A stretch of DNA of 64,000 nucleotides. It comes from Rhizodiscina lignyota (Eukaryota). Under the pieces are notes generated by a model, which was not told the DNA's origin, made no database searches, and saw only the letters and a program-made list of their open reading frames with translations. The position numbers and the translations under genes are program-made. Every line of letters begins with the position of its first letter. Positions within the stretch are counted from its first letter, which is position 1. The stretch spans positions 992,001-1,056,000 of the forward strand of contig ML978130.1 of assembly GCA_010015805.1 (NCBI GenBank). The letters run 5' to 3'. Shown here piece by piece: positions 11,700 to 23,164 of this stretch.

Positions 11700-12640
11700 C
11701 TCAGCGCCGTCTTCAGCGCTTCAGGTGGCCTTGCGTGCTTCACTTGGAAAGTAAAGGATCGAGGCACCCGCAAGCCTTATAGGAGCTGAAAGCCGCATGG
11801 CCTAGCCCGGCCCTTGGAGTTTTGCATTGACAAGGCTGAAGGAGCCTCGCTTGCCGTGTCCACGGCATGGTCAGGTGGAGAGATTACCCCTGGACAATGC
11901 TCTTCTTCGATACTTACTTTGAAGCACAGGTTTATTTTCTTCGAGAAAGATTCTATAGCGGCCGACATCATGTTCAAATATCTTTGCGCTGGAGTAACTG
12001 GTTGAAGGTTGGCCGCTGGCCGAGAAGGGACCGAGCTCCGAGATAACGCTCGCGAACGCCATGTGTCCCTATCACGGCTCTCCATCACTCGTTTGAGCGA
12101 TTCTGCCAAGCACAGAACGCTCTGCAAGCGCGCCAAATGGCCCGTCCGCAGGCGGTGAGGTCGTGCTCAGCATTCCCGAGACATGTGGCGGGAGGTTGAG
12201 CAGCTAAACTTGACGTCCGCTATCTCGAGTTGAGCTCCGCCCGCTCTTCCGCCGCGTCTCAACAACCTCCCCTTCTCTCTGAATACGCTGTATTTCTGAG
12301 CACAGCTTACCATCCATCCCACGTTCTCACAACTACTGTGCGATCAACAGGAGCCGCGGTGACTCACATGAAAAATCCATTTGGAATGTGCATTTTCCGA
12401 AGTCCGTCAGCCATTTGACCCACACCCGTATCTGTCCGAAGATGCATTGAACATAGCTCAGCTTCATGTTGATAGTCCCTGATCGATGATGATACACCTC
12501 CTCACTCTCCGCATCTTGGTCAAGTAGTTCTCGTCCCTTATCCGATCTTTTGCTTCTTGTCTACTTTATCGTCGGCTGCTTTCCTGTTTGGTGTTTCTGG
12601 TTAATCTCCACTCCTTTTCTTTCTTTACATATTGTAATTC

Positions 12641-14489
12641 ATGATGAATTGTTATAGAAGAATTTATTCCACGCTGCTGCGGAAGCAATTGAGCCCCGGC
12701 GCGCATTATAATGCGCTGAAGGTCGTCTCGGGCATACAGCAGATTGCTATCCGAACGGCATCATCAAGCTCACCACAGCCATCACAATTTCCCAGCTCAC
12801 ATTCGACTCCGCTATGGAACGTCACACAAATTCAAGGCGACCAGCGTAGAACAATCGTCACCGTAGCCGATCTCGATAGAACTCAAGACGGACGAGAGCG
12901 AGTCGTGATCCTTGGTTCAGGTGGGTTGTATCCAAGAAAGGTGCCAGACGCGTAGCTGACAATACGTAGGTTGGGCAGGGTATCCACTCGCACGCGAACT
13001 TGACCACAAGAAGTTCCAGGTCGTAATCGTCAGTCCTCGATCCTACTTTGTCTTCACACCGCTCCTCGCCTCAACTTCAGTCGGCACCCTCGAGTTTCGT
13101 ACTGCTCTCGAACCCATCCGAAATCGACGAAACAAAGCACGCTATATACAAGGTTGGGCTGACGACGTCGATCTATTCAACAAGACTATCACTATTGAAG
13201 AGGCTGTCGCAGACCCAAATACAAGTCTTGCGCCAACGGGATGCAGAAATGAAGGCAAAGATGAAGTTCAAATGGAGTATGAGAAGGTCTCGAAGAGCCG
13301 GAGAGGGCAAATGTTTGACTTGCATTATGACAAGCTGATCATCGGCGTCGGAGCATACAGCCAAACTTTCCGGACCCCGGGTGTGCGAGAACATGCGCAT
13401 TTCCTCAAAGATGTTGGCGATGCGAGGAAGATCCGCAAAAGGCTTCTGGAATGCTTCGAAACTGCCGCGCTGCCAACGACGCCAGACTCCATCCGCAAGC
13501 AGATATTGCACTTCGCAATAGTCGGTGGTGGACCCACAGGTGTCGAGTTCTCCGCCGAATTGTACGACCTAATCCACGAAGATCTCGTAAAGATCTATCC
13601 CGAGCTCCTTCCGCATGCAAAGATTTCTCTCTACGACGTATCTCCCAAGGTACTCACCATGTTCGACGACAAGCTCGCCAAATACGCCATGGACACCTTC
13701 GCACGTGGTGGCATTGACATCCGCACCTCTAAGCAGATCTCCTCCCTCTCACCAGGCCTTCCTTACACTGGTGGCCACGCCGCGGGTCGAGTCGGCCTGA
13801 CTCTCAACGTTAAAGGAGAAGATCCGCAAGGCGTGGGGATGTGCATCTGGTCGACTGGTCTCATGGCGAACCCTTTCATTGCCAAAGCTCTCTCCACGAT
13901 ACGCCGCTTCCCACCCAAGGAGGTCATTTTCAAGGATCATTATCCGCAGGCCGAAGAGGCGCAGTGGAACATTGCACGTGACGAGAAGACCGGACGGATC
14001 GTGACGAACGATCGTCTGCGTGTGGTTATTGATGCACCTCTACCCAAAGACGTCGAGCCGCTGGTTACGTCGGTGGATCCGACGAAGATGTCTGCGCGTT
14101 TGAGAGACGTCTTTGCACTGGGTGATTGTGCGTTCATTCAGCATACGAGCTACCCTGCTACCGCACAAGTTGCGAATCAGAAAGCTGCGTGGCTTGCGAA
14201 GCGACTAAATGCTGGCGATATGGACCGTCTTGGCGTAGACAAGTTCACGTACAAGAGCTTGGGTATAATGGCGTATCTGGGCAATGCGAAGGCTATTGTT
14301 GGCGGTCTGGGTGGACTGAAGAGGAAGAGCGCCGATGGCGATCGGGAGCTCAACCTGAGTGGACGCATGGCGTGGTTGGTGTGGCGTGGGGCGTATCTTG
14401 CCAGGAGTATCAGTTGGAGGAACCGAGTGCTTATTCCGGTTTACTGGTGCTTGAACTGGGCTTTTGGAAGGGACATTTCGAGATTCTGA
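12641..14489 (+). CDS. Type II (alternative) NADH:quinone oxidoreductase, NDE/NDI-like, mitochondrial
   Basis: Arg/Ser-rich presequence. VVILGSG|WAG across intron 12921..12969; FVFTPLLAS, IVGGGPTGVE, VFALGDCA, PATAQVA, FGRDISRF. Start is 12641 or a downstream ATG. Confidence 0.93.
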
Positions 14490-14880
14490 GATGGACTGGG
14501 TTTTGTTCAGGCAGTACATTGCCTGAGCATTTAGAAAAGTCTCACTTTACAAACGGCTTTCACGGGGACAAGGCGTTGGCAGAGAACATTGCATAGAGAA
14601 GGATAGAGAACGGCACCGTTTATGATGTAGACTTTGATTGTCTAAGGTTTTAGACAATCCATATTAGATTGTAACTAGCAATCGACCTTTGTGGGTCATG
14701 CAATACCTTAATTCCATTTCGAAATCATCAAATTGAAAAACTCCGTTGAGGCGCCTTGCTCGTCAATTCATGGCCGCATTGCATCAATTTTCATTCAAGT
14801 AACTCTGATCCACCGGGACGCTGAACACCGCAAATATGCTGACGCCATGAAGCGAGGACGATGATCAAGTGCAGGAAACT

Positions 14881-15615
14881 TCATGCCTTGATCTCGGCAA
14901 CCGCAATCCTGATTCCGTCGGCTCTCTTCTCGCCGTCCTCATCCTCCTCAGGAATTGCCCACAAATTTGTGACCTCCGGTGCATTTTCTTTGTGACCATG
15001 ACACGGACACTTCTTGATGCTATTGTACAGATTTACAAGTAGCTCGTCGCTATCGCCCTTTGTCATTGCACGCAGCGTCGCCTCGTCTGGTTGTTTTCGG
15101 GGTGGAAGAGACGGAGCAGCTGCTTGAACTGGCGGTTCGTCTTCGTCGGAGGATGATGAGTCGTCGGAGGGGTCGAGGGGCGGTGGCTCAGTGCCGATCT
15201 GGGGAGCGGGTTGGCGTGTGGGTTTTGTGGCACCAGAGGGGAAGCGTGTGAGGGCTAGTTCGTCTTGGTCCGAGTCGCTGGAGAAGTGCTCTGGATCGTC
15301 CTCTGGCTCATCATCTTCGTCATCCTCCTCTACTTCGTCGGGGTCGATTGCGCATAGCCTGCTCGGCGGAGGACTCCTCTTCCGCGTCGTGCTGCCGGTA
15401 CCGGCGGCTTTGAACTTAATTCCTGAGGCGTGCTTTGGCTTGTGCACTGCTGCTGTCTCTTCCTCTATCTCGACGAGTCGGAGAGTGAGATTATCGAGTG
15501 TGAGCGCGTGACCGAGAACGAAGCGAAGATTACGGTCTGGCCGGGTTGCGGCGAGGTGCAATTTGCACTGCGCAGTGTGCGCAAGAGACATCGTTTCACG
15601 AAGAGACGTAGCCAT
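14881..15615 (-). CDS. Conserved fungal acidic low-complexity protein, ECM13-like
   Basis: N-terminal SLAHTAQCKLHLAATRPDRNLRFVLGHALTLDNL resembles the ECM13-family motif (from memory). Asp/Glu/Ser-rich tail; intronless. Confidence 0.75.
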   Translation of the reverse strand: MATSLRETMSLAHTAQCKLHLAATRPDRNLRFVLGHALTLDNLTLRLVEIEEETAAVHKPKHASGIKFKAAGTGSTTRKRSPPPSRLCAIDPDEVEEDDEDDEPEDDPEHFSSDSDQDELALTRFPSGATKPTRQPAPQIGTEPPPLDPSDDSSSSDEDEPPVQAAAPSLPPRKQPDEATLRAMTKGDSDELLVNLYNSIKKCPCHGHKENAPEVTNLWAIPEEDEDGEKRADGIRIAVAEIKA

Positions 15616-16337
15616 CGTGGTGGTGGGATCAATAATCACTCCGGGATACTTTGGTTCTCAACACGCGTAGGATTGGTGTTCGAAGCGTTGAAAGGTCAAG
15701 AAAAACGGTGAGGAATGAAAGATGGAGACGCTTAGCCTTTTCTTTGTCGTCGATATAAACTCGCCGGTCGCTCGGCTTTCGCGTCATCAAAGTTTAATGG
15801 CAGGCTTGCCGAAAGAGGAACATCTGCTATGAGTCAAAAGCAGCGAGCTGAAATCTGCAATTGCCAATTGGAGGAGGCGGTCCTCGGCGGAGACTTTCTA
15901 GATGCCGCGAGCGGATCGGTGATTGATAATCGACGCCATTTCACGTGGCTCGTTTGATTACGCGACGGCCAAGAGATTCGCCTGAGCTTCTCCGAACGTC
16001 GTCCATCTCGGCCAGGAAACTGCATTCCTGATCTGTCTTGGAGTCTTGATATAATAAGCTGTATTTCCCAGTTCCGCTGCTAATGCAGGCGGTTATTCGA
16101 GAGCGTCATTTGCAGGGGAGTAGAACGACGATTGGCAGGTTTCAAGATCATCTCCATGATTCGACCGAGACTACATGACTTCGAAAGATATGCGAGCGCT
16201 GGCGTTCAAAGACATCCCAAATCATCTCACTTGATCGACACACTCTGTACACGCAGAAAATGTTCATCGAACTGCAACCCAGAGCATTCCAGCTCCGTGA
16301 GCTCAGCACCCGCCTTCTAGTCAACGATTGAATCGTT

Positions 16338-16676
16338 TCAAAGCGGCTCGCTGCAAAAACCACTGTTGCCTGCACCGCCGTCCTGGCAGCCATCAGCGTA
16401 GAATGTCTGGAAAATGAGGTAGTCGTAACCGTTGTCCGTCGCGAAGAACGTCGAGCCGTCAACGTGGCCCTGGTCGACCAGCTGCTGAGCGCGTTGAAGC
16501 TCCTCCACGATTGAATCGTAGTGGCCACCAAATACGAAATGAGATAGAACATCTTAAGCCGACATGAAAGGGTACGTACGGGCAAGTATAGAGCTTCCAC
16601 AATAGTCAAGATCCCTTCGAGCGGTGACAAGGCCACTGAGAATGATGAGCATGCTAATGGTTGTAGAAAACTTCGT
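16338..16676 (-). pseudogene. Probable decayed small secreted Cys-containing (effector-like) protein gene
   Basis: One frame reads (ACG)KFSTTISMLIILSGLVTA-RRDLDYCGSSILA, then a GTACGT donor with an in-frame TAA at 16554-16556, then GHYDSIVEELQ...DGCQDGGAGNSGFCSEPL*. The expected start is ACG rather than ATG, and there is no normal-length acceptor. Confidence 0.5.
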
Positions 16677-17279
16677 GACAACTGAAATTCGAACAGATTC
16701 TGCTAATTGGCTTTGAAGAAATCGATACGATAGCAAGGACAGCCATCGTCCAATCTCACCCTTATATATATACCTTTCGAAGATCCAGTGTTGTCCAGGA
16801 TCCTCTCCTTTCTTTCCGAATCACTGTGGTAAGTACGACTCAGATCTCTTGTCTTCCCTGTTGAACATTTCACATTAATATTTGAACGGACGGCTCCGGA
16901 GTCCTGCGAGTCGGCGCTGTACACGGCTGAGGCAGAACTGTGGGCCTCATTGTAAGAGATATTGTGTGGAATAACCCTTCGACATATGCCTTTCTGTTGA
17001 TTTCGAATGTTTGTGGGCGGTGAGGCTTGAGCCTACTCTTTATATGAGAGTCGAATGGTCGAGGACCGAGGCGGCGCTTGGGCCATTTCCCTTTTTGGCT
17101 TGCGGGTGAGCATTTAACACTTACGCAAGTGAACACAAGTAAACACGGCTATGACGTTACGCATATTTGTTCTATCACTTCTTCAAGCTCGATCCATTCC
17201 ATTTCCTCTTTCTCAGTTACACCAAGCCACGAATCGCTGGTATACTCTGCTTTGTCTTCGTTGGCACACGCTAAAGACT

Positions 17280-18266
17280 ATGGCGCCACGAGAACCGCAC
17301 GCGACGGGAATCTTCAGCCTTCTCGCGAAAACCGGCAATCTGGCCCTACCATCCACGACAGCAACATGGGGATCACCTCAATTGAATACCCACACCTCTA
17401 ACCCGACGCCCTCTCCTCCTCGGAACCTTCAAGATCTGCCAACAGAGATTCGACTTCAGATCCTCAAGTGTCTAATCCCAACTGGCATAGCCATTGACAT
17501 TGTAAGAAATTTCCGCCAATATGTAGATGGAACAGAATATTACGTGGGCATGGATGTGCAGGAACGGGAACGTGTGAGGATCCCAGAGCTTGCGGTAATG
17601 CGTTCGTGCCGACGCCTCTACAACGATGTACTGTCATTGCTCTACGGAAGCAATTCGTTTCACCTCCCTCTCGGCCTCGCGAGTAAGGCAAGACCACCGC
17701 TCAGGATGAACTTCCTACGTTGCCTTCCGACCGATGGCTTGCTTCTTGTTAAACGACTACATCTGAGGGTACAAGATGAATTCGGTGAATCACGGAGATA
17801 CCACGCCATGGAACGTACTCTCGAGAAGCTTGTGCAGGTCCTATCTAGCCCTTCTGGCCATTCTTTGACGCAGTTGACTGTGTCATACACAAACTTCCCG
17901 GCCTACATCTCGGACCACTTCAACCTCATTGTATTCAAGCCTGTGGCAGATGATCCAGACTCAAACAAATATCAGTACGTCCTGGAGCCTTTGGCCATGC
18001 TTAAGGTCGCAGAGGCGATGATTGAAGGCACGAGCCAGGAGTTCAGCGAAAAACTCTCACACTACATCATGGCGAAGAATAGGCCAATCTTGCACCGCTT
18101 GCAGTACCGAACAACCGAAGTCCGGACCTATCGTCGCGCTGGTCATTCGAAAGCACGCAAAGGAACCTGGACTGCGCACACGAGGTCACTGAAGAAGTTC
18201 TGGAAGCCGACATGGGACTGGACACGAGTGAAGCAGGGCGAGCTTGAGGAAGAGCCAGAACGTTGA
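17280..18266 (+). CDS. F-box-like motif fungal hypothetical protein
   Basis: LQDLPTEIRLQIL...VMRSCRRLYNDVLSLLYGSNSF is a typical Pezizomycotina F-box-like signature. Intronless; start is 17280 or 17151. Confidence 0.7.
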   Translation: MAPREPHATGIFSLLAKTGNLALPSTTATWGSPQLNTHTSNPTPSPPRNLQDLPTEIRLQILKCLIPTGIAIDIVRNFRQYVDGTEYYVGMDVQERERVRIPELAVMRSCRRLYNDVLSLLYGSNSFHLPLGLASKARPPLRMNFLRCLPTDGLLLVKRLHLRVQDEFGESRRYHAMERTLEKLVQVLSSPSGHSLTQLTVSYTNFPAYISDHFNLIVFKPVADDPDSNKYQYVLEPLAMLKVAEAMIEGTSQEFSEKLSHYIMAKNRPILHRLQYRTTEVRTYRRAGHSKARKGTWTAHTRSLKKFWKPTWDWTRVKQGELEEEPER

Positions 18267-19537
18267 GCGTGTCTGGGATGGGCGCATGATTCTATGTGGG
18301 ACTTATCTCGACTCTCGACGAAGTTCCCGCGATCACAGTGCGTTTTGAGGAGTTTGGAAAAGATTGATAACCCTGTCTCTTTTTAGAGAGGCCCTGACGA
18401 GGATACCCAGCTGATGGATTTTGTTGGACGGATAAGTGCTGAGGGCGATTGAAAGCTGGAAAAGTTTCACCATGTGGAAGAGCTCGATTGGAAAAGCGAG
18501 GCGGGAACCGGAGACTTTGGGTGGACATACCAAACGTTGATGGAGGACTGTCAATGGACTTGATGCATCATTATGTGTGAACTTTGCACGCGATGCTCAG
18601 AAATGGACTTCGATATTGATTTCAAACACTAGCACTGTTATAAATACTCCTCATGCAAGAAGCTGTGATTCCAAACATGTGGCGCACAACGTCGCCAACC
18701 CCTGAAAGTAACCCGGTGCTTCACCACACCAAGTGAACTGCAAAGCCGCTTTTCCAAAGCGCGAGAGCATCGCGTTCATTTTAGCTGTGGCTGTGTTTGA
18801 GGAAGCGGGCGCGTAGTGTCTGGTCGCTATCGCTCGAGACATATTCTTCCTACAGCCTTGTTGTGATGCTCTGCCTTGTCCAACAGGACAAGGCAGTGTC
18901 AAGGCAACAACTGTGCGGGCAAAGCAAGGCTGAAATAGCCGTTTCATATTCCAAGTCCCGCTCGTCGACAGTTCATATACTGCTATCCCGTCTCTTCTCT
19001 CGCTCTCCTCGATGATTTCATGACTTCCATATAATCCTTAACTCAATTTAGCCGTCATGCAAGACAAGGCGCAAGCGCTTATGGTGGCACAGGCACACCG
19101 AGGAAGTTTTACTGGGAAATTGGGCGCACGGATGTTGTTTTGTGCCAAACCTCCCTGATCGGCGTCCCCGCAGCTCATACCGATAGAGTAGCTCGCCCGC
19201 TTCGGCGCTTAGCTGCTGTGCCGTACTGTACCTTATCATTATTAGTTCAAGCCTGTGAGCCTTCTTATGTCAATCTGTTTACCATTACTCCAACTTTACT
19301 TCTAAAGATCATGTCCAGAATAGCATCATCGCTCTAGTGCGCGTCTTTCAGTCCGCATCGAGTCAATCACTAGGCCCGCCAGCCCTTTCCGTTGCTCACT
19401 ATATGTACACATTAATGCGTTAACTCTCCTTTCCACTTAAGACTGGCATTTTGAACGTACACCTGTAATGAGAGTCACACGTCCGGCGACCATTTTAGCG
19501 TTCTGCTTCAGTCGATTGTTCCGAGGCGAATGTCGCG

Positions 19538-22500
19538 ATGTATGATGTTTTTGCACATAATTTTGGCACCGCCGTTTTGCTAAAGCATCTCACCGACGTC
19601 CGCAGCAGTGTTGAGAAGCTGATCAACTTAAATTCGGAACCGGAGGCGACGAATTTACTAGAACAGATCAAGGATTTAATTGCCGTGACCACCTCAATTG
19701 ATGACTTGGCTACTCAAGAACGAAGGAAATCGTCTGAGTATCTAAGACTTCTCTCGCCCAAGGATCATGTCTACCTACAATCAGTCAACAGTAGCACGGC
19801 CGCGATTGTCCAGGACTGCGTGGAACTCATCGAACCCCTTCGAGGCGGACTGGATGACCTTCGAAGCACCCGTGAAAGAGAAGCTGTCGAGATTATTTAT
19901 CAGGACAGCCGACTTGCAGAGTTTGGCTGGTTCAGAGAGACGTTCCAAGATTTGCAACTTCGAACAGCAGTGCTTCAGGTTATGCTCTCGGCTATGAACT
20001 TTCTTCGTCATAAGAATGACACTGATGAAGAAGGCAATATCTCGGCAGAGGCGAGGTCACTGGCGTCAATGCTGCAGTATGAAATCGCGTCTGTTAAGCC
20101 AAAATTACATGGCACCAGTAGACAACGTACCGAGAAGGTAATGTTTAACCATCCTGTTATTGCCGTGTGGAACTGTGGCTTACCGTTTCCAGCTGCAAAG
20201 AGCACTGGCTGCTGCTATCGGAGTCACGTTGGCCGTTCCGATGTCTCTCAACAAGCACTTTATCCTTGGCCGATCGGTGAAATCTTTCTACACCGGCCGT
20301 GAGCGACAGATGGCACAGCTTAAAGAAGCTTTTGAAGACACGGCCTACTCCGGGCAGAAACGATTCGTCATATTTGGTCTGGGAGGATCTGGGAAGACTG
20401 AGCTAGCACTGAAGTTCGCTGTCGACTTCATGCAGAACTACTGGGGAGTCTTCTTCCTTGATGGAAGCTCCAGAAAAAGTGCTGCCGGAAGCTATTCAGA
20501 AATTGCGAAGATAGGTGGCGTCGAGCCAAATGAGAAGGCTGCGAAGAACTGGCTCACGACCCGGGCTCTACCCTGGCTCTTGATCATCGATAACGCTGAT
20601 GATGATGAAGTCCAACTTGATGACCTACTGCCACCTGGATTACATGGATCCATTTTGGTAACGTCTCGCAATCCAGCCCACAAATCCTACGGTACCGTAG
20701 GTCAGAGATATCTGGAACTCCAATCGATGGAGAGAGGAGAAGCGAATGAGCTTATCCTAAGGGCAGCCGAGGAGCCGACGCCTTACGCCACGTCTGCTAT
20801 CGAGGCTGCAAGCAACATTTGTTCGACGTTGGGCTTCTTGCCGCTTGCCTTGATTCATGCTGCTAAAGCAATCTTGCTGGGTCTGTGCACTTGGCACGGA
20901 TATTTGCCTTTTTACGAACGGCATATTCAACGCATCCGACATGAACGGCTCCAGCAACGAAGCAGGAGTCCCTCTCAACATAGAAAACGCTCGAATGAAG
21001 ACGACCACAGCATGAACGTCTTCTCCAGTTACGAGATTTTATACCAGTCCTTAGAGTCATCCCACTTGCAAAGCTATCAGGATGCTGTCGAGCTACTACA
21101 CCTATTCTCGTATTTACATTTCCAAAATATCCGGCTAGACATCTTCATCAATGCTGCCAATAACCCTTCAATAGAGGCGGACTACACCAAAAAAGAAGCA
21201 ATAGAGCTTCAAAACAACTTGGCGAAGTTGAGGAAGAGAGCAAAGGCAAACCATGAGTCAAGAACCGTGAGATCGATCTCGTGGTCAAAATGGCTCCGCA
21301 CATTAGTACATCAAGTCTTGCGCCATTTTGATACTCCTGCCCTGCTCCCCGCCATCCTCAAGTGCCCAGACGGACTTGATGCAGAAACTTTCAGGGAAGA
21401 AATTCAAGACCGTCTTAACATGGCCTTGGCGGTTCTCGTCTCCAGATCTCTCGTAATGAAGCTGGATAGACATGAGAATCGATGCAGCATGCATCCACTG
21501 GTCCATAAGTGGGTAAGAGAGCGACCAGAGATGTCGGCATCACAGCAAGCCCTCTGGTGCCAATTAGCGGCAACAACATTAGCAACGAGCGTTCTTTTCC
21601 CTCCTCCGCTTGGAAATACTGAATTTGATCGGAGCATGAGACGGGAGCTTCGTCAGCATGTCATTCACGTGCGGGAGTGTCAAAGAACAGTTGATGAACG
21701 GTTGATGAAGAATCGAGCACTGAGGAGAAGTGTATGGCCTGTGATAGAGACGAACTTCGGGAGACATCGAGCTGTTGAAGCAGTACGCTTCAGCCGCATC
21801 TACTCGGAATGTACGGACTACAACGAAGCGTTTCAACTTCAGTCCAAAGTACGAACGTTTGTTGTTAATGCACTCGGAGAAGATCATCAACTTTCGATCA
21901 CAATCTCCCTTCTGCTGGCAGGATCGCTATGGGATCTAAGCCGAGTTTCCGAATGCACTAAACTGTTACGACGCTTGTATGAGATCTGCGCAGCATCGTT
22001 AGGTCTCGATCACCCCTTGAGTCTCAAAGTTTCGGATTCCTTGGCCTCAATTCTATTTTTTCAGGGCCACCTCGCGGAGTCTCTTGCCCTTCACCAGGCA
22101 ACCGTAGACGGGATGGTCACTCTTTACGGCGAGGAGAATGAGAACACCTTGAAAGCTAAGAACAATTTGGCCCGCGTACACCGCACTTTCATGGATGATG
22201 AAAAGGCTGCTGAGCTTCATTTGACTGCTTGGGAAGGCATGCGGAGGCTGCTTGGCGAAGCCCACATGGATACTCTTGATTGCCTCGAAGGTTTGGCGAT
22301 GACCCGGCTTCGACTCGACGCGAAGTATCATATTGAATGCCATGACCATATGCAATTTATTCTGGACGAACGCCGGAAGACTTTGGGCAAAGAGCAGAAC
22401 TTTACATTAATTGCTGTTTGTAATCTTGGCCAGGTAAAATCTGCCTTAGGCCATCACGAGGAAGCCGCCAAAATCATGGAGCCAACAATTCGAATCGCGG

Positions 22501-22871
22501 AACGCAATCTCGATGAGGACCACTTTGGCATATCATGGGGCAAATGTCATTATGGTCGCGTTCTCGTCCAGCTTCAACGATATGAGGAAGCAGAAGAAAT
22601 CCTGACTGAGGCTGCGGACATGCGTTACTTCCGGAAGGTGACCGACGGAGGTGAACACCCAGACAGGATATTTGTGATGTGGTGCCTGGCCAGCTGCTTC
22701 AAAGAGCAGAAAAAATTCCGAGAAGCCCTAGAAACCTGCGAGCTCATCGTACAAGCCTTGCAGTCGATTGGCAGAGGCGGCACGAAGCACAAGATGGCTG
22801 AAATGGTGCACGAAGAGATCGCGGCACTAAAGCTAAGCATTAACAGCCAGTTACAAGCTAGTGAGCCATGA
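19538..22871 (+). CDS. Fungal NLR: helical N-terminal domain + NB-ARC + TPR repeats
   Basis: Exon 19538-20137, intron 20138..20192, exon 20193-22871. FYTGRE, Walker A GLGGSGKT, Walker B LLIIDNAD, ILVTSR, LGFLPLAL, MHPLVHKW, and kinesin-light-chain-type TPRs (LGEDHQ, LGLDHP, YGEENE, LGEAHM, LGKEQN). A possible acceptor at ~19498 suggests an additional 5' exon. Confidence 0.93.
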
Positions 22872-23164
22872 AGAGAGACAGCCTTTCGCCTGTAGTATCG
22901 TTCAGCTTGTTAGAATCTGGCATACTTTAAGCTATCTGCTTGCATGTACGAATTATGCCTACTGAAGTCCTACATTCATGATTATCAATGTAATTGTTGC
23001 GTGGGCGATATAACCAATTTCCATAAATAGATCAATAGGTCGTCGTAATCACATTTGGTTGACGTTTGGCAGTTCAGCTTTGTGCTTTACGCGATATTAA
23101 TCCGAGATTCACCGCAATTCTAGCCAAAGAAAATGCCACACATCTTGTCTCTGAGCCGAACCCT

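Noticed and set aside
21780..22800. Hypervariable high-identity TPR array in the NLR
   Set aside because: The repeats are clearly divergent from each other; no near-identical nucleotide units are visible.
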